Assembly: GCA_963811105.1 (NCBI GenBank)
Contig: CAWEPZ010000008.1
Span: forward strand, 54,936-118,935
DNA from: Candidatus Bathyarchaeota archaeon
GTDB lineage: Archaea > Thermoproteota > Bathyarchaeia > Bathyarchaeales > Bathycorpusculaceae
Reading direction: 5' to 3'
Length of the DNA stretch: 64,000 nt
This document shows, piece by piece, positions 9,983 to 21,434 of this stretch. The stretch's first letter is position 1, and every line of letters starts with the position of its first letter. Both the position numbers and the translations under genes were made by a program. The notes beneath the pieces are model-generated. The model did not search any database. It was not told the DNA's origin and saw only the letters and a program-made list of their open reading frames with translations.

Positions 9983-12547
9983 TTGACAAGAACAAAAAAT
10001 GTAAAAAACACTACTAAATTCGAACGCTCAATCAAAGCAATATCTCCAGTCATCGCAACTCTACTAATGATTGCTATCGCAGTCGTTGCCTCGCTAGTCG
10101 TCTACGCTTGGGTAACAGGCTACATGGGCAACACAACATCCAAAGCTGGAAAAGCCATACAAATCCAAAGCTTCGCTTCCCAAGGTGGCAACTTGGTTAT
10201 CTACGTGCAAAACGTAGGCCAAGGAGACGTAGAACTCAATAGAGACCAAAGCGTCTACGTAAACAGCAACTTGATACCTCTCAGATCAACCACTGCAGGC
10301 AAAAATTCCAATAGTAGCAGGTCAAACTGTAGAATTGCTGACTGACTTTGCTATACACTGCAGGCACCAAGGTCAACATCAAAGTAACCACAACCGACGG
10401 CACTTTCATGACAGCAACAGGCACAGGTGGCTCAAGCAATCCAACAACCCCAGCAACTACGTATCCTGTTAGTTTTGTGTTGGGTGCTGGTGGTTAATCG
10501 ATGAATCCAGTCGGTTCTCAAACTGTTGGTGGAACTATTGCGATAACGGCAACAGAAACTACCGGGCATCACTTTACTTTTTGGAGTAGCAGTACAGGCT
10601 CTATCACTTTTGGCGATGATAACTTAGCTTCAACAAGTGCCACAATCAACGGTGCAGGTACAATAACAGCAAACTTTGCAGCCGATACAGTTCAGTACTC
10701 TGTTACTTTTGCTAAGTTAGGTGATGCTAGTGCAGTAATTAGTCCACTAGCTGGAACGTACTCTTATGATGCTGGTTCATCAGTTCCAATTACAGCTACT
10801 GCCTCTTCTGGGAATCACTTTACCTCTTGGAGTAGCAGTACAGGCTCTATCACTTTTGGCGATGATAGCTTAGCTTCAACAAGTGCCACAATCAACGGTG
10901 CAGGTACAATAACAGCAAACTTTGCAGCCGATACAGTTCAGTACTCTGTTACTTTTGCTAAGTTAGGTGATGCTAGTGCAGTAATTAGTCCACTGGCTGG
11001 AACGTACTCTTATGATGCTGGTTCATCAGTTCCAATTACAGCTACTGCCTCTTCTGGGAATCACTTTACCTCTTGGAGCAAAACGGGGTCTATCACTTTT
11101 GGTGATGATAGCTTGGCTTCAACAAGTGCCACAATCAACGGTGCAGGTACAATAACAGCAAACTTTGCAGCAAACACACGTGTTAGGTACTGATGGTTTT
11201 TCAATGAATCCAACTGCTGGTTCTCATAATGTTGGTGGAGCTATTGCGATAACAGCAACGGCAAATACAGATTTCCACTTTGCATCTTGGACTGGCACAG
11301 GCTCAATTACCTTCGCCGATGCTAACGCTGCATCTACTACGGCCACGGTTAATGGTGCGGGCTCGATAACTGCAAACTTTGCAGCAAACACTGTTAATTA
11401 TAATATTGTTGTCACTAATCCTGCTGGTTCTCATGGCACGATTGCTCCATCTGGTACTACTTCTTATGCAGCTGGTGCTACTCCGAGCTTCACGATTACA
11501 GCAGATTCTGGTTATCACATTGCAAGCGTAACGACTAATGCTGGTGCGCAGGCTCTTACTTCGCCTTATGTTTTTCCAGCTCTAGCTGCTGATGGAACTT
11601 TAACCGCAACATTTGCGGCAAACATTGTTAGCTATAATATTGTTGTGACTCAAACTACCAATGGTGCAATTGATCCTTCTGGTACTACTTCTTATGCTGC
11701 TGGTGCTACTCCGAGCTTCACGATTACTCCTGCTGCTAATTATCACATTGCGACTATAGTGACTAATGCTGGGTCTCAAACTGTTACTACACCTTCCGGT
11801 CAGGCTTATGTGTTTCCAGCTCTAGCTGCTGATGGAACTTTAACCGCAACATTTGCGGCAAACACAGTTGTTGCTACAAAGTTAGTGTTTGCTGCAGGTT
11901 CTTCTCAGACTTTAACTGCCGGCGTTATTTCGCCAACTGCGATAATAGTCCAACGTCAAGATGCATCCAATAATCCTGTTTCGACTGGCACTGCTCAAAT
12001 TACCGTCACGTTGAGTACAGGTTCTTCAGGCGGCGTGTTCTATTCAACTGCCGGTGGTACAACTGCGATTACTTCGATTACTATCGCTGCAGGCTCGAGT
12101 AGTTCTGCTGGTTTCTATTACAAGGATACTGTTGCTGCTGCTCCAACATTAACTGGTGCTTCTTCTGGTTTGACTTCCGCTACCTCACAGTTCACGATTA
12201 ACGCTGCGGCTGCTTCCAAGTTGGTTTTCACGGTGCATCCAGGAACGGTCCAACACAATGTAGTTTCGACAGTGTTTACTGTACAACGCCAAGATCAGTA
12301 TGGAAATCCAACTACAACAGGAACTGCAACTGTAACCTTAGCGAGCGACGGCGGATCCCGAGGTCACTTTTACTCTGATTCTGCGGGTCACAATGAGATA
12401 ACCTCCACTATAACAATTGCTGCTGGATCTAATGCGTACAATTTCTATTATCAAGACACAACCAGCAGTCCTCCTCAGACACGAACGATCACTGCGACTT
12501 CATCTTCTTTAACGACGGCTTCGACAACGATTTCCGTTATCACATAG
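9983..12547 (+). pseudogene. Giant pilin/adhesin: pilin domain, InlB-B-like repeats and two C-terminal Ig-like domains; disrupted
   Basis: KA/ISPVIATLLMI signal. Frameshifts near 10305, 10352 and 11180 and an in-frame TAA at 10495-10497. Repeats have the pattern G.hF..W...ITANF. Confidence 0.8.
10581..11171 (+). repeat. Near-identical 246-bp (82-aa) intragenic tandem repeat, about 2.4 copies
   Basis: Units begin TTGGAG at 10581, 10827 and 11073; the first two differ at only a few bases. Confidence 0.9.
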
Positions 12548-13397
12548 AAAATCTATTTTCCGTTCTTTTTTTTTGTAATTTATCTTTATAACATTTCAAT
12601 CGTTTTTGTATGATACGTTCTGTGAAAGATTTTCAAATTATTATAGGTAAAATAAATCTTAAAACGACTCGAATGAACCCACTTTAGGAAACCCGCCTTG
12701 AGATTTACTGGTGACTTAGGTCCATGGGTTCAAATTAGCTACCTGGTTTTTGTTAGTTTTTATATTTTAAGTCTCCCTACATTCCTTTCTTTTTTTTGGA
12801 ATTCAAAAAAGTAACATTGCCCATTAATAAAAAACAACTATCTTCACCGAGAAGAACTCTGGCTTTCTTACCTGATTCAAACTTGATAACAATTAAAGCC
12901 TTCCTTAAACATAAGCTTGCAACGGATTCCTCGGAGATATTTTTAGATGAAATATTAGTAAGAACTCACAGGAAACTGAATTGTTGAGAATAGAGCAATA
13001 TTTGCTGCTTATTAATAGTGGTTAAGGCTTCATTTAAATTATTTTTCCTAAATTCTTCATTTATTTAATGTTGAACAGACGTAAGATTAATTCACTAATA
13101 TCACAAAGGTATTTGCATATAATAAGAAGTCTTATGAACAAAACTTTCAAGATAACGAAGTGTAAAAAAAGTGAAGTTGCAAGGAAACTCTTAGCCAAGG
13201 AGAAACAGAGGAGTTCCAGCAGAGTTTGGAATTTTGTGGTACCCTTCACATAAGATGGGCAATAATAACCCCATATTAGTCAATTCCACCTCTCACCAAA
13301 AAATCTTTTAGAAAAAACAGACGAAGAAAGACAAAGAGTGCCTGTTAGCGATTCTGGCTTACAAGATTACCTTTTACTTGCCTATTTAAGAATTCTC

Positions 13398-13436
13398 AAT
13401 ATAGAGTATTGCTTCATGGGTCTTAAATATCCCTTC
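13398..13436 (+). promoter_or_regulatory. Pilin upstream motif copy 3 plus TATA box
   Basis: AATATAGAGTATTGCTTCAT-GGGTC-TTAAATATCCCTTC. Confidence 0.65.
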
Positions 13437-13505
13437 CAGCAAGAATAGCATATAATTTAACGCTAATTTAACAATTGGACAAATGGTAAAGGAAGAAGAG
13501 AAGAA

Positions 13506-16341
13506 ATGAGAAAAATAACTAAATTTAAACGGTCAATTCGTGCAATATCTCCAGTAGTTGCAACTTTACTAATGATTGCCATTGCAGTTATTGCAGCACT
13601 GGTAGTTTATGCTTGGGTAACAGGCTACATGGGCAATACTACAAACAAAGCTGGAAATGCGATACTAATCCAAAGTCTCACAACAGATCAGGATAATAAA
13701 TTAGTTGCCTATGTTCAAAATGTTGGTCAAGGCGACGTAATTCTGGATTCTGGCTACGTAAACGGTGACTTAGCAGCTCAATCGTTAAGCATTTCATTAG
13801 CCAAAGAGGCCACAGTAGCCGTCTCCACAACTTACCTTGTGACATCGGATAACTCATTAACGATAAAAATAGTGGCCACTGATGGTACTTTCACTCAGTT
13901 TACAGGATCTCCTGATTTTGAAAACGGGCATGCAACCACTTATCCAGTAGTCTTTAATTTAGGTACAGGCGGCGCTTCCATGGTTCCCTCAGGAACACAT
14001 TCGTATACAGCAGGAACCCTGGTAGCAGTACACACATTAGCTTTGTCGAGTTATCAATTTTCATCCTGGACCAGCACAGGAAGCATCTCTTTTGATTCTA
14101 CAACTTCGGCTTCCACAACTGCCCATATTGACGGAGTAGGAACTGTAACAGCTAATTTTGTTGCTGTGCAGCCATCTCAAAACTATCAAGTAACATTCAA
14201 CTTGGGCCAAGGCGGATCGTCCATGACCCCAACGGGTACTAAAACATACTCTGGCGGTTCATCAGTGCCTCTTTCAGCAATAACTTTGTCGGGTTATCAG
14301 TTTTCATCCTGGACATGTACAGGCACAATTTCGTTTGACTCGGCAACTTCTGTCTCGACAGTAGCACACGTAAACAGCGCAGGTTCAATCACCGCCAACT
14401 TCATAGCCACTCAACCCACACAGAACTACCAAGTGAGCTGGATCTTAGGCACCGGTGGATCTTCAATGAACCCCACTGGAACCCAAATCTATGCGGGTGG
14501 TTCAATCGTGACAATTTCCGCGATTCCTACTTCAGGATACCAGTTCTCATATTGGGCCAGTTCAACTACTGGGTTTATTTCATTTGGCTCAGTAACCTCA
14601 GCTATCACAACAGCACAAATTAGCGGCACCGGTTCTATTACAGCTAACTTTATTCAAATTCAAACCGACCAAAACTATCAAGTAACATTCAGCACAGATG
14701 GCGGCGGAAGCACCTCAACTACAAACCCAACTGGAACTCAAACATACGCAGCTGGAACAATAGTTCCAGTAAGCGCCACTGCCGGTTCAGGCTACCAATT
14801 CTCATCTTGGAGCAGTACAGGGTCAATTTCCTTTGACGCTTCAACTTCAACTTCAACAAATGCTCTAATTAACGGAGAAGGATCAATCATTGCCAACTTC
14901 ATAACCCCACAAACAAGCCAGAACTACCAGGTTACCTTCACATTAGGCACAGGTGGAACATCCATGAACCCCACTGGCACTCAGACTTACGCAGGCGGCT
15001 CCGCTGTCCCAGTATCTGCGGTTGCAGCATCAGGATATCAATTCTCCTCTTGGATAAGCACAGGCTCGATATCATTTGACTCCACAACATCAAGCTCAAC
15101 AATCGCCCACGTCAACAGTGCAGGTTCCATTACTGCTAATTTCGCTCCTATCGCAACAGGTCAAAACTACCAAGTTACATTCGCCCTAGGCACGGGAGGG
15201 GCATCTATGAATCCATCCGGAACCCAGATTTATGCCGCAGGCTCAACAGTAGCTATCAGCGCGACTTCCGCTTCTGGCTACAAGTTTTCTAGCTGGACGA
15301 GCTCAGGCAGCATCTCTTTCGATGGTGCAACCTTAGCGTCAACAAATGCTCATATAGGTAGCGACGGCACGATAACAGCCAACTTTGCTGCAAGTCAACA
15401 TATCATCACTGTCACTCAAGGTTCTAATGGTGTTATTGCTCCTGGAACAACTGCTGTAAACGAAGGTGCAAGTCAGACTTTCATCATAACCCCCAACAAC
15501 GGCTATCATGTTCTCGACGTAACCGTGGACAGTTCATCGAAAGGCGCTGTTACCTCTTGGACCTTCAACAATGTCCAAGTAGATCACACTATAACTGCGA
15601 GCTTTGCAAGCGGTGCCTATCATACTATTACAACTTCTGCAGGCCCAAATGGGCAGATAAGTCCTTCAGGTTCAGTACAAGTTTTAGATGGTGCCAGCCA
15701 AACATTCACAATCACACCTAGCAACGGATACATAATCGCCAGTTTAATGGTTGACGGCGCTTCTGCAGGCTACGGACAATCATACACATTCACAAACGTA
15801 GTGGCAGACCACACTATAACCACTAGCTTCACGACCGGATCAACACTGATTAACACTGGCTACGATGGAAATCCATGGGACAACAACTGGATGGCAGGCG
15901 GAAACCCACCATGGCGTGCAGCCACAGGTGAAGGCGTCTTAGGAAGCACTGCCGCAAAATCTGATTCCATAGTTGGAGACTCCGGGCCATTTACTTCCAA
16001 CTCTTTGAATACTCAAGGAGGAACAACTATCCGAATAACCTTCATGTATAAAGTACAAAACACAAACTCTGCAAATGACCTCAAGATAGAATACTGCGCA
16101 ACCAACTCCGGCACACTCCCTAACCTCAACCCTGGAAGCACTGACTTCACTACAATTGCAGGTATAGGCCAAACCACTCCAAGTAACACTTGGACCGTAG
16201 GAAGCGTCACCTTTACGAGCACAGCAAATCCAACAGCATTCAGAACACACTTCTATTTCAGATTCGAGAGTACCCTCCAAACACACAGTGGTGCTTGCTG
16301 AGAGCACATGGATCGACAATGTAATAATCACTACTGTCTTA
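13506..16341 (+). CDS. Giant pilin/adhesin: pilin domain, about 8 InlB-B-like repeats and a C-terminal beta-sandwich; probable frameshift near 16293, 3' end approximate
   Basis: RA/ISPVVATLLMI signal, six GY.FS.W...I/VTANF-type repeats and two ITP.NGY..D repeats. The alternative frame after 16293 reads LAESTWIDNVIIT. Confidence 0.85.
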
Positions 16342-16442
16342 GTCTGCAACAAGGGAAAAAATTCCCAACTCTCCCTTTGTTTCAAACATTTAAAGTCTTA
16401 AAAAATATACGAAAAAAATAAAACTATCAGGACAGATAAAAC

Positions 16443-17177
16443 ATGAAAACAAAAGTAACATCAACAATAGTTCTTCTAAGCCTACTATCTATTGTCTTAA
16501 CTCCATTAGTTTTAGGTCAAACTACCACAGTTGGAGTCAAACCCGGAGATACCTTCAACTATAGCTACAGAATCAATTGGGACTCAACCGATCCAACCGC
16601 TACTGTTCCAGCCCAATATGAAGACTTAAACAATACTCAATTCATACGAATTACTGTAATCACCGTTACAGGTTCGTTGATTAATGTAGACTTTACACGA
16701 CACTTCAACAACGGCAGTGAACAAACACAAAATGGAAACATAGATGTCAATACACAGATTCTTGAAATCCCATACAGTGTATTAATAATACGGGCGGATG
16801 CAAACCCAGGAGAAAAGATTTATCCAGCCGGAGGACACGCAATCCTAAACGACACAGCAAAACGGACCTATGAGATTGGTCAAGTCGATACCATTCGATA
16901 TGTTTCGCCTGATACAGCCGGCGCTAACTCCGAAAAGACAGAAATTTATTACAGCCGAACAAACGATGTAGGAGTCGAATATACATCTGTTAGCCAAGAG
17001 ACGTCCGGATCAGCTGTCACAACAACCCGAGAAACAATGTTAATAAGCTCTTGGGTTATTCCAGAGTTTCCAGTCACAACAATTCTCGTGATTCTGCTGC
17101 TAGCTATTCCAATACTGATGATCGCATACAAGAAAAAGAGGCTTTCAAACCACAAATCTTCGGTTCCCCTTAAATAA
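16443..17177 (+). CDS. Secreted surface protein with PEF-CTERM-like sorting signal
   Basis: Signal peptide, VGVKPGD start, and C-terminal VIPEFP followed by a TM helix and KKKR. Confidence 0.8.
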   Translation: MKTKVTSTIVLLSLLSIVLTPLVLGQTTTVGVKPGDTFNYSYRINWDSTDPTATVPAQYEDLNNTQFIRITVITVTGSLINVDFTRHFNNGSEQTQNGNIDVNTQILEIPYSVLIIRADANPGEKIYPAGGHAILNDTAKRTYEIGQVDTIRYVSPDTAGANSEKTEIYYSRTNDVGVEYTSVSQETSGSAVTTTRETMLISSWVIPEFPVTTILVILLLAIPILMIAYKKKRLSNHKSSVPLK

Positions 17178-17220
17178 TAATCTCTATCTTTTTTGTGCAG
17201 TTAAAATCAGCCTTATATGA

Positions 17221-17466
17221 CTAGTAAGCTGTCGCTTTCATGTTTGCCCTATCCCACTGTCTCTTTTTATACAATATATAGCCGAAGAAGTATGCCGATC
17301 CAAAGATCAGGAATGCGCTATCTAAGAAGTTGGGGAAAGAAGGAAAATAAACCCAATGATCAAAGAATGTTGTGAACTTCAATGCGACTCCGACGGTTCC
17401 GAAGAAAAATGCGACCATCAATCCATTAATGAGAACTTCTTTCCAACTCACATTTGAAGCCTTCAC
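17221..17466 (-). CDS. Small membrane protein (two TM helices)
   Basis: GGAGG RBS before GTG; hydrophobic segments. Confidence 0.6.
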   Translation of the reverse strand: MKASNVSWKEVLINGLMVAFFFGTVGVALKFTTFFDHWVYFPSFPNFLDSAFLIFGSAYFFGYILYKKRQWDRANMKATAY

Positions 17467-17724
17467 TTTTTAACCTCCAACCAGTACGGCCCTAAACTTG
17501 TCACAAAAGACTTATAAAAACCATAGAATTCCCTCAATAAAAGCACATGTGGTTCATAGATCCAATAAAAACTACTCCAAAAACTCTAGAAAATGTTTTT
17601 TGAGAAACTGCTGTCAGACAGTTAAATGTTCTAGAAAAGTGAAAAATAGCTTCATAAATCTTATATTCTGTATAACCTATGGTTGCAGCAATCAAATCTG
17701 TTATCGATAAATGGAGACCAATTA

Positions 17725-17931
17725 ATGACAAAATGCCCAAAATGTGGAAAAGAAGTGCCCAAAAAAGGCTGGACAATGGCATGTAAACCTGACGAAACAG
17801 GAAAAAGAACTGATGTCACATTCGGCTTGTGCGAAGAATGCTCACTGATAGTAATAACTAGAATTGCGCAAATCCCAATAAGCTCTCCAGTTACATTTTC
17901 GCAAACTCACGATTTGCCACAAAAAAGCTAA
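17725..17931 (+). CDS. Cren7-like / zinc-ribbon small protein, C-terminus divergent
   Basis: MTKCPKCGKEV.KKGWTMACKPDETGKR...FGLC, with GGAG RBS. Confidence 0.55.
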   Translation: MTKCPKCGKEVPKKGWTMACKPDETGKRTDVTFGLCEECSLIVITRIAQIPISSPVTFSQTHDLPQKS

Positions 17932-18144
17932 TATTATAATAGTATTTACTAAGCAAAAGACCAAAATTTAATTTATCTTATGTGAAAACTTTCCATTTTG
18001 TTGAAATGCTAGGCGGATCGCGTTCTTTGTTGTCATGAAGTTTTTAATTCTGCACACAAGAATTAGAAAATTATCCATTGATCGTTACATTTTTTGAAAG
18101 CAGTAATAAATTCTGTAATTGTGAGTCTTAATTTTAGTGAGAAA

Positions 18145-18327
18145 TCATGCTTTGGCTTTGCATCCTTTGCTGAGGTAGCAGGCGAGACAGTTTTTTTCTT
18201 CTCCTGTGTTCCAGCAGATCTTTACAATTTTTGGAACTGGAACGTCTAACTCTTGTAATGATGTGGAAATCACTGGCATCTCTTGGAGTATTTCGATTTC
18301 TTGCGTTTTTCTGTTTGAGCGGGACAT
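18145..18327 (-). CDS. Small Cys-rich protein (C-x8-CxxC-x5-C)
   Basis: CWNTGEEKNCLACYLSKGC; TATA-like TATATA upstream. Confidence 0.5.
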   Translation of the reverse strand: MSRSNRKTQEIEILQEMPVISTSLQELDVPVPKIVKICWNTGEEKNCLACYLSKGCKAKA

Positions 18328-18552
18328 ATGCTATCTCTATTCGTGTGGTTTAGATATATATCTTGTGTTTCTTAAGACATGAGATTTGATAGCAGTATTA
18401 CAAATTCACATTCAAAAAAGTCTGATAGTGATTGCAGGTTGCCAAAAACCACTTGACTAATTACGACAACTCCAACTTTGGTCATTAAAAACCGATAAAT
18501 TACTTTAACAAAAAAAATAAAAGAAAAGGAGGAACGGTTTTCTTGCTAATCA

Positions 18553-21192
18553 TTACCGCTTTCTGAGTACCAGTATAATTGCTATTGCTGCGATAACGAC
18601 GACAATTGCTATTCCAATTCCCGTGGACACGATCGTCATTGTATAGTCTGCTGCTGCCTGTGCTGCTGCAGGGGTTGAACTTGTTGTTGGAGCTGCTGTT
18701 ACTGTTACGTAGGTGTTTGCCCAGGAACTACCGTAAGAGGCGTCGCCTGCGAAGCTAGCCGTGATTTTATATTGACCTGGAATTGTTGGAGTCCATGAGT
18801 AGCCGAAGGTGCCTGTTTCGTCGCTGTTTGTATTACCAATGTGTACGTAGTTGCCGTTCGGATCAATTGTGTCAATTGATACTGGAACTCCAGTAACCGT
18901 AATGTTGTGGTGTATGCCGTCGATTGGCTGTTGCATATGCAAGTATTCCATGTATGTACTCATTGAATCTTGGGATACACATGCCTTGCCGGGTTGCCCT
19001 GGAGATTGGTCTAAGACTGTGCCAGATATGACTGCGCTTTGTCCTGTTGTTATGGCTGTTTGTGGAGCTGAAACTGTTGCTGTGCTTGGACCTTTGCCGA
19101 TTACATACGTATAGCCATCATATGAGCTTGCGTATGAGAGGTAACCGTCTGAGATACCGCCTGGGAATGTTCGAGAGCCACTTACTCCTGAGTATCCAAG
19201 CAAGTTCCATATGTTTTCGCCTGTGGTCGCGTTGAGGCAGAATATTCGAAGTCCTCTTGTAATTGGCTGAGATGGTGTGTGTTCTGCATTAAATGTGTAG
19301 AGTTTACCGTCAGCAACTAAGCCTGTTGCGTGCCATGCTTGACCTCCGTTGTAGGGAGTCTCAAATGGTTCTGAAGTTGTTTGGAAGAACCATTCGAATT
19401 TGCCTGTGGTCCAGTTGATAGCGTGGACACCGTCATAGCCGTTGTCAAAGATTAAGCCATATGCTGATTGTACATCGTATGCTCCGAATGAACCCCAAGG
19501 CAGAAGCGGAATGTCACTCTTCCAAGCTATTGCGCCAGTGTTCAAGTCCCAACAGTACCATTGTCCGGAAAGCATTCTGCAAGCGAATTTTCCATGATCT
19601 GCAACACCGTCGATGGAGCTGAAGAATGTACCCCAACCATCGCTAGTATCGGTTGTAACGTTCCATAGCAGTTTTCCAGTTGTTAAACTAGCTGCTTGTA
19701 TGAACTGACCTATGGCTACACCTGTTCCAGTGGAACTAATTGATCCTGTAGTTACCGCGATGCCAGAGTCAAAGTCGACTGTGCCTAGAGAACTGAAAGG
19801 CCAGCTTATGTTTCCCCATATCCTTTGACTGAAATTGTCGATTGTCGGTTGACCTCCTCCAATGCCAACAGTTTCGGTGCCAGCGTTATTTGCGATTGTC
19901 CAGTTAATCAATCGGTATTGAGTGTTTAAACCACTTCCGATCGTTTGTATGCTTAAGACCCAGGGGTCAGAGTAGTATGTACCTGTGTTTACGCCTGAGG
20001 GTACTCCAGTGAAGTTGGCTGTAACTACACCTGTGTAGGGGCTATATTTTATTACTCTGCCTGAATTATTTCCCGAAGCGGCTGTCAAAGTTACTAAGTA
20101 TGCGGTGTATGTATGCTGGGCTTCTGCGCCGGGAACTTCCGGACCACCAGGCTCATAGGTTATAATACTAGGCAAGGTTTCGCCAGAGGCTACTGGGCGC
20201 TCCCAGTAAATTTCTCCAGTCCGTAGGTCATAGCAACGCCATTTAGTGACTGCACTTATTGATGATGGGTATTGCCAGGTACCATTAATGAGTGCAGGTT
20301 CTGGAGGTACGCTTACGCTTACATAGCATCTTCCTGCGTAAATTATGCTTGGGATTGGTCCTGCTGCAGTGTTTGAAAGTTGTCCTGCTGTGCTGCCAAT
20401 TAAACCGCCTATGCCTCCTGATACCTTCCAAAGTATGTGGGCACTGCCTGGTGCTAGTGTGTAGGGAACGAATCTGTAGTTAGACATGTAAGTGTTTGTC
20501 TTCGCTGGCCAAATAGAACCACCTCCACGAAGGCCTGTTGTAGGCCAAGCGCCTAGAATAGACCACCATTCTCTGTTGTCTGGTGAGACGGGTCTAGTCC
20601 AGTAATCGGTTGGAATTGGTGCTGGAGGCCATGACGCTACCTGGTCAGCCTGTACTGTGACGTTTACTATTGGCGATGAACATGGCGCATAGTATGCTGA
20701 GTCCATGTATGATGCTGCTGAAGGTCTGTTGGTGCTGTTTGCATAGTAAGTGCCTTGATTGTAGTAGCCTGCGGGGAAGTACATGCCTAGGAAGTCATAT
20801 TTGAAACTATATGTTCCAGTAGTATCTGGTACGTAATTTGCCCATGATGTTGAGTCACCTGCATAAGAATCAAGCGGACCGATAATGTCTTTTGTACCGT
20901 CAGGCTTCGTTACGGTTATTTGGTTGGTTTTTAGAAATATTCTTTGGACGTTAATCGGAGGTTGATTCCATACGTTCACGAGTAGTGCTTGTCCAACACC
21001 GATTGGGCTTGGGTTTACTGCTAAGTATCCTTCCGGCTTAATTGTGACGCTGGGTGTAACACCACTTGGTAGAGGTCCTGCTGCTGGTTGTGTAATAGTC
21101 TGTGCTTTCACTGATATAGTTGCGATTGAGGTAAAACATGAAATCAAAAGAATCATAGTAATGATTGTTGTTTTTAGCATATTATTTTTCAT
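18553..21192 (-). CDS. PQQ-like beta-propeller repeat surface protein, full length
   Basis: Signal peptide, YWTRP, EHTP and MEYLHMQ motifs, TM anchor; clear paralog of 2-1729. Confidence 0.9.
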   Translation of the reverse strand: MKNNMLKTTIITMILLISCFTSIATISVKAQTITQPAAGPLPSGVTPSVTIKPEGYLAVNPSPIGVGQALLVNVWNQPPINVQRIFLKTNQITVTKPDGTKDIIGPLDSYAGDSTSWANYVPDTTGTYSFKYDFLGMYFPAGYYNQGTYYANSTNRPSAASYMDSAYYAPCSSPIVNVTVQADQVASWPPAPIPTDYWTRPVSPDNREWWSILGAWPTTGLRGGGSIWPAKTNTYMSNYRFVPYTLAPGSAHILWKVSGGIGGLIGSTAGQLSNTAAGPIPSIIYAGRCYVSVSVPPEPALINGTWQYPSSISAVTKWRCYDLRTGEIYWERPVASGETLPSIITYEPGGPEVPGAEAQHTYTAYLVTLTAASGNNSGRVIKYSPYTGVVTANFTGVPSGVNTGTYYSDPWVLSIQTIGSGLNTQYRLINWTIANNAGTETVGIGGGQPTIDNFSQRIWGNISWPFSSLGTVDFDSGIAVTTGSISSTGTGVAIGQFIQAASLTTGKLLWNVTTDTSDGWGTFFSSIDGVADHGKFACRMLSGQWYCWDLNTGAIAWKSDIPLLPWGSFGAYDVQSAYGLIFDNGYDGVHAINWTTGKFEWFFQTTSEPFETPYNGGQAWHATGLVADGKLYTFNAEHTPSQPITRGLRIFCLNATTGENIWNLLGYSGVSGSRTFPGGISDGYLSYASSYDGYTYVIGKGPSTATVSAPQTAITTGQSAVISGTVLDQSPGQPGKACVSQDSMSTYMEYLHMQQPIDGIHHNITVTGVPVSIDTIDPNGNYVHIGNTNSDETGTFGYSWTPTIPGQYKITASFAGDASYGSSWANTYVTVTAAPTTSSTPAAAQAAADYTMTIVSTGIGIAIVVVIAAIAIILVLRKR

Positions 21193-21434
21193 TTGTGTTT
21201 TTCTCCTTAGTTTGTTTTTTTTTGCAAAGCCGATAGAATTAGCTTTGTGAGAGTCCTGTATAACATTTGCTTCTTATATGGTTGTGTGGAAAGTGACCAC
21301 TGACGACACCTCAGTAATTTAAGCAGCAAAAAAATATCCTTGGAAACATCTAACCCACAAAAAATTCTTCTCAAAAATAAAAATGTTCTTAAACAGGGAA
21401 ATGCACTTTTTAATTGATTCTAAAGGTGATTTTT

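Noticed and set aside
12715-12745. GGGTTCAAAT resembling a tRNA T-arm or att remnant
   Set aside because: No T-stem or acceptor pairing and no match to tRNA-Ile.
12548-13397. Long AT-rich intergenic region with short ORFs
   Set aside because: No motif, RBS or structure supports a gene or ncRNA call.
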